Part shown: one piece after another, positions 1-9,569 of the stretch
Layout of the letters: each line of letters begins with the position of its first letter
Numbering within the stretch: the first letter of the stretch is position 1
Source of the DNA: Bacteroidia bacterium
GTDB taxonomy: Bacteria; Bacteroidota; Bacteroidia; NS11-12g; UBA955
Length of the DNA: 64,000 nucleotides
Reading direction: 5' to 3'
Assembly: GCA_023228875.1 (NCBI GenBank)
Contig: JALOAG010000005.1
Coordinates: forward strand, 149,801-213,800
Translations under genes and position numbers: made by a program
The notes under the pieces: generated by a model
What the model saw: the letters and a program-made list of their open reading frames with translations, nothing else
Told to the model about the DNA's origin: nothing
The model's database searches: none

Positions 1-192
1 ATATTTAGCGATTTCGATGAGCTCAGATTGTGTAATTCCTTTTCTAATAATCACCTTGGCTTTAGCAGCGCCATTTTTAATTGTATGAATTACTATGTAT
101 CCTACTGCCTCAGATAAAGGGTCTTTCCATTCTAAAACAACTTCGGGTTGTTTGGTTATAAATTTGTTTAATCGTCTTTCAAGAACACTCAT
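1..192 (-). CDS. N-terminal part (runs off window) of a Glu/Leu/Phe/Val dehydrogenase-like protein, divergent
   Basis: Not in the ORF track. My translation from ATG at 192 is MSVLERRLNKFITKQPEVVLEWKDPLSEAVGYIVIHTIKNGAAKAKVIIRKGITQSELIEIAKY. It resembles the N-terminus of Bacteroidota amino-acid dehydrogenases (PEIVFxWKD...EAxGW.VI...GAAGGGTRMRKG). The start overlaps the upstream stop (ATGA). Confidence 0.7.
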   Translation of the reverse strand, partial: MSVLERRLNKFITKQPEVVLEWKDPLSEAVGYIVIHTIKNGAAKAKVIIRKGITQSELIEIAKY

Positions 193-731
193 AAAACCCC
201 TGCCGTGCCTTTGTATTTTGTTTTGATGGTCATCAAAGTGCCTTTGGGTAAAGGTGCACGTAATACCATTTTGATTACCAGATAAATTTCGTCTTTCTTT
301 AAATATTCTTTAAGATTATTACCGCTTGGGGTAAGAGAAATTGTGCTTAATTGTTGCTGAGGAACATCGTGCATATAGGCACCCAAAGTCTCCTTTAGTC
401 CATCTGCTTTTAAATAGACATCAATTTTTTTTAATATATCAAAGGTAGTTGAATCATTCATTACGATTGTCATATCCATTTTATCAAGAAACACATCTTC
501 TATTAATTCTTTAGCAGAGTTTTTGGGAATCAAATAAGCATCAATTCCAGTTGGAAATCTATAGGTTTCAAGAGCAATTTGAGAGTCAATATCTGTAATT
601 TCTATAGTTGCATAAGGAGTGTTGAAACTCATATTAATGGGAATGGTAAAGAGTTTCTTATCTCTTTTTTTACAACCGTTCTGAGCCAGTAATGCAGGTA
701 TGAGAAACAGTATGAGTAAGATTTTTTTCAT
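189..731 (-). CDS. Hypothetical lipoprotein
   Basis: MKKILLILFLIPALLAQNG-C signal with lipobox-like Cys followed by KKRDKK. Start moved to 731 because a TATCTTTG element lies at 750-757. Confidence 0.7.
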   Translation of the reverse strand: MKKILLILFLIPALLAQNGCKKRDKKLFTIPINMSFNTPYATIEITDIDSQIALETYRFPTGIDAYLIPKNSAKELIEDVFLDKMDMTIVMNDSTTFDILKKIDVYLKADGLKETLGAYMHDVPQQQLSTISLTPSGNNLKEYLKKDEIYLVIKMVLRAPLPKGTLMTIKTKYKGTAGVL

Positions 732-749
732 AGAAGTTGAATTGTTCAA

Positions 750-757
750 CAAAGATA
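750..757 (-). promoter_or_regulatory. Bacteroidota sigma-70 -7 element (TATCTTTG)
   Basis: Exact TAnnTTTG match 18 nt upstream of the ATG at 731. Confidence 0.55.
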
Positions 758-763
758 GTGAAA

Positions 764-1867
764 CTATTCACCAATCAATCGCGAAAAATCTCCATGCAAT
801 CCACCTCCTATACTGTCAGCAGTTGCTCCAGTACCTGATTTTAATATATTGACTTGATTTTGAACTCTGAGTAATCCCAAAAATGCAAAAACAAGAGCTT
901 CTTTATAATGAATCAAATTTGCATCCGGCAATATTATTTCTGCCTCTGTGTGAGTACGAATGTGTTCAACCAATACCTTGTTAAGAGCTCCGCCTCCTGT
1001 TATCAAGACTCTTTTTCCATTTCCGTTATTATTTGCGAGTAAATTGATGGCTGATGCAATTTGTACTGCAATATGATCAACCATTGTTTTCATTTTGCTT
1101 TCTGAACTTAAATCTGCAAAATCGCGAATAATACCCCAGAATTCTTGGTTAATCCAATCCCTGTTTAAGCTTTTGGGATAATGCTGTTTGTAATATTCAA
1201 TAGCATTGAGCGAACCCAATAGTTCGTAATTAATATTCCCTTTTTCTGCAATGGCACCATCTTCATCAAATGATTTTCCTTTGTCTCGAGCAATTCTATT
1301 CAAAGGAATATTGCAAGGACATATATCAAAAGACGCTCTATTGCCTGTAGTATCATTGCCGGAAATATTGGCAAATCCACCTAAGTTAAGACAGAAGTCA
1401 TATTCACCAAACAATAATTGGTCGCCAATGGTAACTAAAGGAGCGCCTTCGCCTCCTTTGGCTAAATCTGCTCTTCTGAAATCGTTAACAACTGGAAGTC
1501 CGCAAATGGCGGATAGACTGGCTCCATCGCCTATTTGTGCAGTAATTTTAATTTCCGGAAGATGAAAAGCAGTATGTCCATGTGATGCAACGAAATCAAC
1601 ATCGGATAAGCTGTAATTATGTATAAACTGTTTTACTAATTCACCAAGGTAATGACCGTAAAATACATCTGTTTTTACATAGGTAAGTGCATTTTGTCTT
1701 CTCAGTTGTGACAGTCTGATACGCCATTTTTCTTCATAAGGAATAGTTTCTGCGTGCTTTATTTCAAAGTGCCATTTGTTGTTGTTATTCGAAAATTCAC
1801 AATAAGCGATATCTGTACCATCCATTGAGCTTCCGCTCATCAAACCGATAATTTTAAATATTTTCAT
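764..1867 (-). CDS. anmK: Anhydro-N-acetylmuramic acid kinase
   Basis: GLMSGSSMDGTD, SHGHT, DFRRADLAKGGEGAPLV, GGGALN and KEALVFAFLG motifs. Confidence 0.95.
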   Translation of the reverse strand: MKIFKIIGLMSGSSMDGTDIAYCEFSNNNNKWHFEIKHAETIPYEEKWRIRLSQLRRQNALTYVKTDVFYGHYLGELVKQFIHNYSLSDVDFVASHGHTAFHLPEIKITAQIGDGASLSAICGLPVVNDFRRADLAKGGEGAPLVTIGDQLLFGEYDFCLNLGGFANISGNDTTGNRASFDICPCNIPLNRIARDKGKSFDEDGAIAEKGNINYELLGSLNAIEYYKQHYPKSLNRDWINQEFWGIIRDFADLSSESKMKTMVDHIAVQIASAINLLANNNGNGKRVLITGGGALNKVLVEHIRTHTEAEIILPDANLIHYKEALVFAFLGLLRVQNQVNILKSGTGATADSIGGGLHGDFSRLIGE

Positions 1868-1905
1868 CTCTTTACAATTTATTAATACTATTCTTTTACT
1901 AAAAA

Positions 1906-2760
1906 CTAATTTTCATTTGTCATCAAAAGCGCCATAGCGTCCAATGTTTTACCTTGATGAAGCAATTCTATAGCAGTAGCTTCAATATCCTTGCAGTGTT
2001 TGTATGTCTCAGCAGCTAACTTGATATCTTCAACAGAGGGCATAAACTCTAAGTTGCCTAATTGACCAAGGTGATTTCCTGTAAGCCTATTGCTGTTCCT
2101 AATTTTTGCAGGCAAAGCGTCAATCCCTATACCGCAGGTAACAATATGACGTTCAAGTTCAAAAATTGCTTCCCCATGTGCTCTGCAATACCAATTACCA
2201 CCCATTCTGGCAATTAAATCTATTTTGCTTTGGTCAATCATTTTATTGGCATCCAAAACATCTTCGTGAATGTGAATCAATTTTACTTCACAAATAATCA
2301 GATTGCCTGCTGCGCCACCGGTACCCAGTTCTTTTACTTCCAAGACTTCACATTCCATTTGAACAGGGCTTTCTTTGACTCTATAGGGTTTAATAAGTTC
2401 AGAAGGAATGGGGGTAAATCCGGCTTTTGCAAATTCATCTGTGCCTTTAGGATAAGGACATCCAGCCAGCGTAATTTGATGTAGCATGTCGTATGTTACA
2501 ACATTAATGACCACTTCAGGAACTTCTTTTACATTGTCGTGTGTATGTTTAGTTTCAGCAGTTCTGCCACTGCGTGCAGGAGAAAAAACTGCTATGGGTG
2601 GATTTGCACTAAAAACATTAAAGAAACTGAACGGTGCTAAATTTCTATTCCCATCTTTGTCTATTGTACTAGCAAAGCATATTGGACGAGGACCGACAGC
2701 TCCCAGTAAATATTTGTGAACTAAAGGAATTGGTTGTTCTTTGGTATTGATAGTAAACAT
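1906..2760 (-). CDS. Flavin reductase family protein (DIM6/NTAB-like)
   Basis: VGPRPICFASTID, NLAPFSFFN, VKESPVQMEC and IARMGGNWY motifs. Real start is probably ATG 2760; the ORF-track extension to 2946 overlaps the MCE gene. Confidence 0.85.
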   Translation of the reverse strand: MFTINTKEQPIPLVHKYLLGAVGPRPICFASTIDKDGNRNLAPFSFFNVFSANPPIAVFSPARSGRTAETKHTHDNVKEVPEVVINVVTYDMLHQITLAGCPYPKGTDEFAKAGFTPIPSELIKPYRVKESPVQMECEVLEVKELGTGGAAGNLIICEVKLIHIHEDVLDANKMIDQSKIDLIARMGGNWYCRAHGEAIFELERHIVTCGIGIDALPAKIRNSNRLTGNHLGQLGNLEFMPSVEDIKLAAETYKHCKDIEATAIELLHQGKTLDAMALLMTNEN

Positions 2761-2768
2761 AGAGTGTG

Positions 2769-2776
2769 CAAAGATA
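2769..2776 (-). promoter_or_regulatory. Bacteroidota -7 element (TATCTTTG)
   Basis: Exact TAnnTTTG match 8 nt upstream of ATG 2760. Confidence 0.55.
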
Positions 2777-2842
2777 TTTATAGAATCAAGATTTCTATAA
2801 CAAAAGGTTAAATGAGAAAAGAATTCGGTTATAGCGTAATCG

Positions 2843-3811
2843 CTATTGATTGTAACTTTCTTGGCTACTCTTTTTCTTTGCGTCTTTTCTTTGTTTTTTA
2901 CCCCAAGGCATCGGGACGTATTTTTCGGGGTATTTGTTGATGTCAATTAACAACTTGTTTAAGTCTGCTAAGGTCGCAGTTAGTTTGTCATACAATTGAG
3001 TATCATTCACTAATTTACCTGCTGAACCCTCTCCGTTGTCAATCTTTTTGGTGATGGATTCTACGTTTGCCAAGGTCGCATCTAATCTAGCCAGAATATC
3101 AGATTTAGCAAGTGTAGAGGTGAATTCACCCAAATTCTGTAAAGTTTGAGCAAGTTCATTGCGTTTTGCAGCTAACTCAGCAGTCAATAACTTAATGTTG
3201 TCAAGAGTCTTGGTGATATTTTCATGATTGGCAGTAATCATGTTCGAACTTTTATTAGCTAAATTTTCAATTGCGGTCATCACATCTGTTGTTTTAGTAA
3301 TGGCTGCCTGTAATTGACCTGTTTTGACTACCACAGAATCTAAGTAGTCAACTATTCTTTCAATCTTTTTTGCTATAGGATCCACTGATTGAGTAAACTC
3401 ATCCAACAGTGACACTTCAGTACTGGATAGAAGGGTATCACCGGATTCTAAGTAAGTGTTGTAATGATCATTTAAAATCAGTTTAATTGATTTTCCGCCT
3501 AACAAACCATCTGAAACGATTTCAGCGGTTGAATTAATGGGAATGTCAAGAGGCTCAACAATTTTGAGGATTGTAACAATCTTATTTTTTTTAGTATCGC
3601 GAGTCAAGGAGTTGATATATCCCACTTTATATCCATTGAGAAGTACGCTCTGCCCTTTTCTTAATCCGGGTGTTTGGTCATATACTGCAACGTAATAAGT
3701 TTTAGGTTTGAAAAAATCCCCCTCATTAGCCATATAGTTATATCCCAATATCAGGAAGGTGATTGCAACTGCGGTCAGTGCTCCAATTTTACTTTCGTTT
3801 GATACTTTCAA
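2843..3811 (-). CDS. MCE/MlaD family protein
   Basis: N-terminal TM, GL..G..V.LNGYKVGYI, IP.NSTAEI.SDGLLGGK.I, coiled-coil tail ending GSAGKLVNDTQLY. Confidence 0.9.
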   Translation of the reverse strand: MKVSNESKIGALTAVAITFLILGYNYMANEGDFFKPKTYYVAVYDQTPGLRKGQSVLLNGYKVGYINSLTRDTKKNKIVTILKIVEPLDIPINSTAEIVSDGLLGGKSIKLILNDHYNTYLESGDTLLSSTEVSLLDEFTQSVDPIAKKIERIVDYLDSVVVKTGQLQAAITKTTDVMTAIENLANKSSNMITANHENITKTLDNIKLLTAELAAKRNELAQTLQNLGEFTSTLAKSDILARLDATLANVESITKKIDNGEGSAGKLVNDTQLYDKLTATLADLNKLLIDINKYPEKYVPMPWGKKQRKDAKKKSSQESYNQ

Positions 3812-3843
3812 TTTTCTGTTTTTTTGCTTTTTGAAAAGGCTTG

Positions 3844-3851
3844 CAAAAGTA
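3844..3851 (-). promoter_or_regulatory. Bacteroidota -7 element (TACTTTTG)
   Basis: Exact TAnnTTTG match upstream of the MCE gene. Confidence 0.5.
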
Positions 3852-3865
3852 GTGGTTTAAATTTT

Positions 3866-4663
3866 TTATTTGCTACTTTTAGCTTGGTTGTTTGCGTAAT
3901 ATTTTTTGAATGCTTGAAAGATAGCAAGTGCGATTTTTTCTTGTCCATGTTCAGAAGTCATTGAAGCTCTATCTTTTGGATTAGTTAAAAAACCAATCTC
4001 AACCAATACGCTGGGCATAGATGTTTTCCATAGAACAAGAAAACCGGCTTGTTTAACCCCTCTGCTTTTGAGAGAAGTGTGGTTTTGAAATTCATTTTCA
4101 ACATCCTCTGCAATTTCAAGACTTTTGGTAATAAATGCATTTTGATAAAGTGAGAAAATGATATGTCCGACAGGAGAGTTGGGGTCAAATCCTCCATAGC
4201 TCTCATTGTGTTGGTAGTCAGCTTCTAAAAGTATAGAGGCGTTTTCGCGTTTTGCAACAGCAAGCCATCCTTCGTTCTTGTGGGTTCCCATTACAAAAGT
4301 CTCTGTGCCTTCTGCTGCACTATTGTCATTGGCATTGCTGTGAATGGAAATAAATAAATCACCATTTGCTTTGTTAGCAATTTTAGATCGTTCAGATAGT
4401 TCAATAAAAACATCTTTCTCGCGAGTGAAGACTATGTTTACATTATTCAAACTGTCGCTAATCAATTTACCTAATTTCTTGCCGACAGCAAGCACTACAT
4501 CTTTCTCATTGAATCCTGCACTCTGTCCTCCCGGGTCTTTTCCTCCGTGTCCGGGGTCAATGATTACGGTGAATTTTTTATCTTGTTTGTTGTAGCTAAC
4601 GTCAAGAAATGCAGCATGTATAACTGCACTTGCCAACAAAATCCAACTCAGTGTTTTTTTCAT
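3866..4663 (-). CDS. N-acetylmuramoyl-L-alanine amidase (Amidase_3)
   Basis: VIIDPGHGGKDPG, EKDVVL, LFISIHSN, VKQAGFLVL and MPSVLVEIGFLTN motifs. Start at ATG 4663 gives a signal peptide. Confidence 0.92.
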   Translation of the reverse strand: MKKTLSWILLASAVIHAAFLDVSYNKQDKKFTVIIDPGHGGKDPGGQSAGFNEKDVVLAVGKKLGKLISDSLNNVNIVFTREKDVFIELSERSKIANKANGDLFISIHSNANDNSAAEGTETFVMGTHKNEGWLAVAKRENASILLEADYQHNESYGGFDPNSPVGHIIFSLYQNAFITKSLEIAEDVENEFQNHTSLKSRGVKQAGFLVLWKTSMPSVLVEIGFLTNPKDRASMTSEHGQEKIALAIFQAFKKYYANNQAKSSK

Positions 4664-4673
4664 TATTACTTCC

Positions 4674-7364
4674 TTGATTGGTGGTTTAAGCCTGAATTTT
4701 TGTCTTAGCTTTGCGCCTTCAATTTTGAAACGCAATTTTAGTGCCTCAGTTTTGAACCACCTAAACTTTAAGCCATTTTCTATACATCTGTACCTGTGGA
4801 TAACAGCAGTGTTTATGTTATCCGGTTTTGGGTCTTTTAGCCAAAATGTCTCAACATGGAATAGAAATTTAAAGGATTCTACTGTGATTGGGGTGCAACA
4901 AAATTCGTCTATCATTATAGACAGCACCCGTAAACAAGGTGAGATGAGAGTCTCTAAAGATGCCCTTGAAACAAAAGTGGCTTATCAAGCCAAAGATTCA
5001 GTAATATTGGATTTGAGGAATAAACGGGTTTATTTATATGGCGAAGCGAAAGTTAATTATGGCGAAATGGCACTTGCTGCGGCTTATATTGAAATAAATT
5101 TTGAAATTAAAGAACTCAAAGCAAGGGGTAGGTTGGATAGTCAGGGTAATTATGTTGACCTGCCTGCTTTTAAAGATGATGAAAGAGAAGTAGGGGCAGA
5201 CACAATGCATTATAATTTTGCAACAAAGCGTGGGAGAATGCAGGGTGTACGTATGCAGGAAGGCGAAGGATACGTTTTGTGTAACCGTGTGTTTAGAGAT
5301 AGTTCAGGTGTGATTTTTACTGATTTAGGTAAATATACAACTTGCGACTTAGACCATCCGCATTTCTATCTGAATGCAAGAAAACTCAAGATAATTCCTA
5401 ATAATAAGATTGTTTTTGGTCCGGCTAATTTAGTTGTAGAGGATGTCCCTTTGCCCACATACCTGCCATTTGGACTTTTTCCTACCAAAAAAGGACAGAC
5501 TTCCGGAATATTGATTCCTCAATACGGTTTGAGCCAGTCGCGTGGTTATTATCTTTCAAACGGAGGTTATTATTTTCATTTAAGTGATTATTTAGACCAG
5601 GCACTAACAGGAGATTTTTATTTTAGAGGAAGCTGGGGGGTACATTCTCACACTCGTTATGCAAAACGCTATAAATACAATGGTTCATTGAACTTAGGCT
5701 ATGCTTATAATATCTTTGGTGAAAAAGGATTGCAAGATTATAGGGTTTCTCCTGATTATAAAATAAGATGGGTACATAATCAAGATGCAAAAGCCAAACC
5801 TGGAACAGGTTTTAGCGCAGATGTCGATATTGTGAGCAATCAATATAATTTAAACAACTCTTTTGATGCCAATCAAATTGTAGCCAGTCAATATCGGTCT
5901 TCTGTTTCTTATTCTAAAATGATGAAGTCCGGTAAGTACAATTTAAGAATAGGGCTTAATCACAGTCAGAACACTCAGACAAGAGATTTTAATATTGATT
6001 TGCCAAACATTAACTTTGATGTTGCACGTCTGACACCTTTTAAACGTAAAAATGCAATTGGAAAACCACGCTGGTACGAAACCATTGGACTTAGTTATAA
6101 TACAAATTTTGCTAACCGATTAAACACATACGATTCCTTGCTCACAAGCTCTACTGTCTTAAATGATTTCCGCAATGGAATCAGCCACTCTATTCCTATC
6201 AGTACTTCTGTGAAATTTTTGAAAAATTATTTTACATTAAACCCTTCATTTAATTATGAGGAATATTGGTATTTTAAGACTATCAGAAAAGACTATAATT
6301 CAACTACCAATAAGGTGGAAATGCGTGATGTAGATGGATTTGCAAGAGCTTCAAGTTTTTCGGCTAATGCAAGTATTAATACACGTGTATTTGGTACTTT
6401 TAAGTTTAAAAGAAATCCTAAAATTGAGGCAATTCGACATGTCATAACCCCTTCGTTGAATTTTAATTACAGCCCTGATTTCTCTAATGCTAGGTTTAAT
6501 TATTACCGCGATGTGCAAGTTGATTCATTGGGACATATGAACAGATATTCCATTTTTGAAAATGGTGTAAAAGGAGGACCGGGACAGGGCAGGAGAGGTA
6601 TGATAGGATTATCTATTATAAACAATCTTGAAATGAAGAGGATTATCAAAACGGATACTTCTTCTGATTTCAGCTATGTCAAACTCATTGAATCATTTGA
6701 CATCAATGGAAATTATAATTTTTTAGCGGACAGCTTTAGGTTTAGCAATTTGCGTTTTAATGCCAGAACCACATTGTTTAAAAAACTTTCTATTCAACTC
6801 AATGGAGATTTGGATTTGTATGCAAGAGAAAACAACCGTAGGATAGATAAATTACAAATATTAAAAAACGGGAATCCGGGACATTGGAATAATGCAAGCC
6901 TTGTTGCCTCATTTTCACTCAATCCGGAGGCATTTAAAAATGGACAACCTGTATATACTCCTCCCAATGGAGCCATGTTGACAGATCAAGAATGGCGCAA
7001 TATTGCAATGTATCCCTATAATTATGTGGATTTTAACGTACCTTGGAATCTGAATGTCAATTATTCGTTGAGGTATCAAGAGAATTATGGCAATACAAAA
7101 AACATCTCAAATATTTTTAACTTTTCCGGAGATGTAAGTCTGACTGAAAATTGGAAGATATCAGTAACTTCCGGATATGATGTAACTCGTAAAGAAATTG
7201 CTTATACTTCAATTGATTTTATTCGCGACTTACATTGTTGGCAGTTTAATTTTAATTGGATACCACTGGGAGAGAGAAAAAGCTTTTTCTTTACTTTACG
7301 TGCAAAATCAAGTCTGTTGCAAGATTTAAAACTGAACAAGCGCGGTTTCTGGTTTGATAAATAG
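4674..7364 (+). CDS. lptD: Putative LPS-assembly outer membrane protein (Bacteroidota LptD-like)
   Basis: YTTCDLDHPHFY, C-terminal RDLHCWQFNFNWIP and FTLRAKSSLLQDLK, typical of the Bacteroidota LptD-like family, divergent from the amidase. Start codon uncertain (probably downstream of 4674). Confidence 0.8.
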   Translation: MIGGLSLNFCLSFAPSILKRNFSASVLNHLNFKPFSIHLYLWITAVFMLSGFGSFSQNVSTWNRNLKDSTVIGVQQNSSIIIDSTRKQGEMRVSKDALETKVAYQAKDSVILDLRNKRVYLYGEAKVNYGEMALAAAYIEINFEIKELKARGRLDSQGNYVDLPAFKDDEREVGADTMHYNFATKRGRMQGVRMQEGEGYVLCNRVFRDSSGVIFTDLGKYTTCDLDHPHFYLNARKLKIIPNNKIVFGPANLVVEDVPLPTYLPFGLFPTKKGQTSGILIPQYGLSQSRGYYLSNGGYYFHLSDYLDQALTGDFYFRGSWGVHSHTRYAKRYKYNGSLNLGYAYNIFGEKGLQDYRVSPDYKIRWVHNQDAKAKPGTGFSADVDIVSNQYNLNNSFDANQIVASQYRSSVSYSKMMKSGKYNLRIGLNHSQNTQTRDFNIDLPNINFDVARLTPFKRKNAIGKPRWYETIGLSYNTNFANRLNTYDSLLTSSTVLNDFRNGISHSIPISTSVKFLKNYFTLNPSFNYEEYWYFKTIRKDYNSTTNKVEMRDVDGFARASSFSANASINTRVFGTFKFKRNPKIEAIRHVITPSLNFNYSPDFSNARFNYYRDVQVDSLGHMNRYSIFENGVKGGPGQGRRGMIGLSIINNLEMKRIIKTDTSSDFSYVKLIESFDINGNYNFLADSFRFSNLRFNARTTLFKKLSIQLNGDLDLYARENNRRIDKLQILKNGNPGHWNNASLVASFSLNPEAFKNGQPVYTPPNGAMLTDQEWRNIAMYPYNYVDFNVPWNLNVNYSLRYQENYGNTKNISNIFNFSGDVSLTENWKISVTSGYDVTRKEIAYTSIDFIRDLHCWQFNFNWIPLGERKSFFFTLRAKSSLLQDLKLNKRGFWFDK

Positions 7365-7438
7365 GGTTTGTTTTGATTAACCTTATATTGTAAATCTTGC
7401 GCATGTAATTTTTGACCAACATTTTTATCAGGGTATAT

Positions 7439-7476
7439 AAAAAAAACAGAAGAAAGCATTTGCTTTCTTCTGTTTT
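7439..7476. terminator. Intrinsic, probably bidirectional terminator between convergent lptD and dnaK
   Basis: Perfect 11-bp stem CAGAAGAAAGC (7447-7457), ATTT loop, GCTTTCTTCTG (7462-7472). An A-run on the left gives an 8-U tail on the dnaK strand; a shorter T-run lies on the right. Confidence 0.85.
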
Positions 7477-7533
7477 GGAATGGTTCCTTTGTAATTCGAT
7501 TTTATCTTGCACATAAAGACAATACTAAACCGT

Positions 7534-9438
7534 TTACTTCACTTCTTCAAAGTCCACATCTTGTACATTGTCTGCACCACCTTTGTTGTCGGTGTTGGCT
7601 TGTGGATTTTCAGTGTTAGGGCTTGCATTGTTCTGTTGAGCATTGTACATGTCTTGTGAAGCGGCTTCCCAAGCTTTGTTCAGCGCCTCTGATGCAGAGT
7701 CAAGAGCTGTTAGATTCTTTTCCGAATGTGCTTTTTTCAATTCAGCAAGTGCAGATTCAATAGTACCTTTCTTTTCGGCCGGAATCTTGTCTCCATACTC
7801 TTTAAGATTCTTTTCAGAAGTAAAGATAAGCGTGTCTGCAACATTGAGTTTATCAATTTCTTCTTTCGCTTTTTTGTCTGCTTCTGCATTTGCTTCAGCT
7901 TCTTTTTTCATACGCTCGATTTCCTCTTTGCTCAAACCTGATGACCCTTCAATGCGAATGTGTTGTTCTTTGTTGGTTCCTTTGTCGCGTGCGTGAACGT
8001 TTAGAATTCCGTTTGCATCAATATCAAATGTAACTTCGATTTGAGGCACACCTCTTGGAGATGGTGGTATTCCATCTAAAGTAAATCTGCCAATGCTCTT
8101 GTTATCACGTGCCATAGAGCGTTCACCTTGCAATACATGGATTTCTACTTGTGGCTGATTATCTGCTGCGGTAGAGAATACTTCACTTTTCTTAGTTGGA
8201 ATAGTAGTGTTGGCATCAATTAATTTGGTGAAAATGCCTCCCATTGTTTCAATTCCAAGTGAAAGAGGGGTTACGTCAAGAAGCAATACATCTTTCACAT
8301 CACCGGCTAGCACTCCACCTTGAATTGCAGCACCGATAGCTACCACCTCATCAGGATTCACACCTTTTGATGGTGCTTTGCCAAAGAATTTCTCTACTGC
8401 TTGTTGAATTGCAGGGATACGAGTAGAACCTCCTACCAAAATCACTTCGTCAATATCAGCGGTTGTGTAACCTGCATTTTTGAGTGCTGATTTACAAGGT
8501 TCGATTGTTCTTTGAATCAAATCATCCACTAATTGCTCAAATTTAGCTCTTGTTAGATTTGTTACAAGGTGTTTTGCAACTCCGTCAATGGCGGTGATAT
8601 ATGGAAGATTTATCTCAGTAGCAGCAGAGGATGATAACTCAATCTTGGCTTTCTCAGCGGCTTCTTTAAGACGTTGCATAGCTGTTGGGTCTTTAGAGAT
8701 GTCAATGCCAGGATTGTCTTTTTTAAATTCTTCAACTAACCAATCAATAATTCTGTGGTCAAAATCATCTCCTCCTAAGTGGGTATCTCCGTCAGTTGAC
8801 TTTACTTCAAACACTCCATCGCCAAGCTCAAGAATAGACACGTCATGTGTACCTCCTCCGCAGTCAAACACTGCAATCTTCATGTCTTTATGTCTTTTAT
8901 CTAATCCGTAAGAAAGAGCGGCAGCAGTAGGCTCGTTAATAATCCTGCGAACTTTTAATCCTGCAATTTCTCCTGCTTCTTTCGTAGCTTGTCTTTGAGC
9001 ATCGTTAAAATATGCAGGTACGGTGATAACAGCTTCTGAAACAGTAGTTCCAAGGTAATCCTCTGCGGTCTTCTTCATTTTTTGAAGAATGATTGCTGAA
9101 ATTTCTTGAGCAGAATATTTTCTGTCTCCAATTTCAATACGAGGAGTGTTGTTTTCACCTTTTACAACTTTGTAAGGCACCCTTGCAATCTCTTTACCTA
9201 CTTGATCATAGGTATTACCCATAAATCTTTTAATGGAAAAAATGGTGTTTTGTGGGTTTGTGATAGCCTGACGTTTGGCAGGGTCACCCACTTTTCTCTC
9301 ACCGTCTTTCAAAAATCCAATCACAGAAGGTGTGGTTCTTTTACCTTCTGAATTGGGGATTACAACGGGCTCGTTTCCTTCCATAACAGAAACACAAGAG
9401 TTTGTAGTTCCTAAGTCAATTCCAATTATTTTGCTCAT
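7534..9438 (-). CDS. dnaK: Chaperone DnaK (Hsp70)
   Basis: [36 protein letters not shown], and C-terminal DVDFEEVK. Confidence 0.99.
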   Translation of the reverse strand: MSKIIGIDLGTTNSCVSVMEGNEPVVIPNSEGKRTTPSVIGFLKDGERKVGDPAKRQAITNPQNTIFSIKRFMGNTYDQVGKEIARVPYKVVKGENNTPRIEIGDRKYSAQEISAIILQKMKKTAEDYLGTTVSEAVITVPAYFNDAQRQATKEAGEIAGLKVRRIINEPTAAALSYGLDKRHKDMKIAVFDCGGGTHDVSILELGDGVFEVKSTDGDTHLGGDDFDHRIIDWLVEEFKKDNPGIDISKDPTAMQRLKEAAEKAKIELSSSAATEINLPYITAIDGVAKHLVTNLTRAKFEQLVDDLIQRTIEPCKSALKNAGYTTADIDEVILVGGSTRIPAIQQAVEKFFGKAPSKGVNPDEVVAIGAAIQGGVLAGDVKDVLLLDVTPLSLGIETMGGIFTKLIDANTTIPTKKSEVFSTAADNQPQVEIHVLQGERSMARDNKSIGRFTLDGIPPSPRGVPQIEVTFDIDANGILNVHARDKGTNKEQHIRIEGSSGLSKEEIERMKKEAEANAEADKKAKEEIDKLNVADTLIFTSEKNLKEYGDKIPAEKKGTIESALAELKKAHSEKNLTALDSASEALNKAWEAASQDMYNAQQNNASPNTENPQANTDNKGGADNVQDVDFEEVK

Positions 9439-9474
9439 TTGCTATTTGATTTTTCATCTGTTTCTCAACCATTA

Positions 9475-9546
9475 TGCCATCAAGTCAGAATAGACTTTTT
9501 GGCTGTCAGAAATGATGCTTACTTGTCAGAATGGCACATTTGGCAG
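9475..9546 (-). promoter_or_regulatory. Cluster of TGTCAG/TGCCA-like repeats upstream of dnaK (candidate regulator-binding sites)
   Basis: GTCAGA at 9484, 9505 and 9525, GGCAGA at 9542, TGCCA at 9475, TGGCA at 9532. Confidence 0.45.
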
Positions 9547-9569
9547 AAAATTAAGACTTATTAAGCGAA

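Noticed and set aside
2761-2946. N-terminal extension of the flavin reductase ORF overlapping the MCE gene
   Set aside because: Family homology starts at Met 2760, and a -7 element sits just upstream of it.
4795-4803. Perfect DnaA box TGTGGATAA
   Set aside because: Single copy, probably within the lptD coding region, far from dnaA, and with no cluster of boxes; consistent with chance.
4664-4927. ORF-track extension of the amidase overlapping the lptD 5' end
   Set aside because: The signal peptide starts at 4663; the extension is antisense shadow of lptD.
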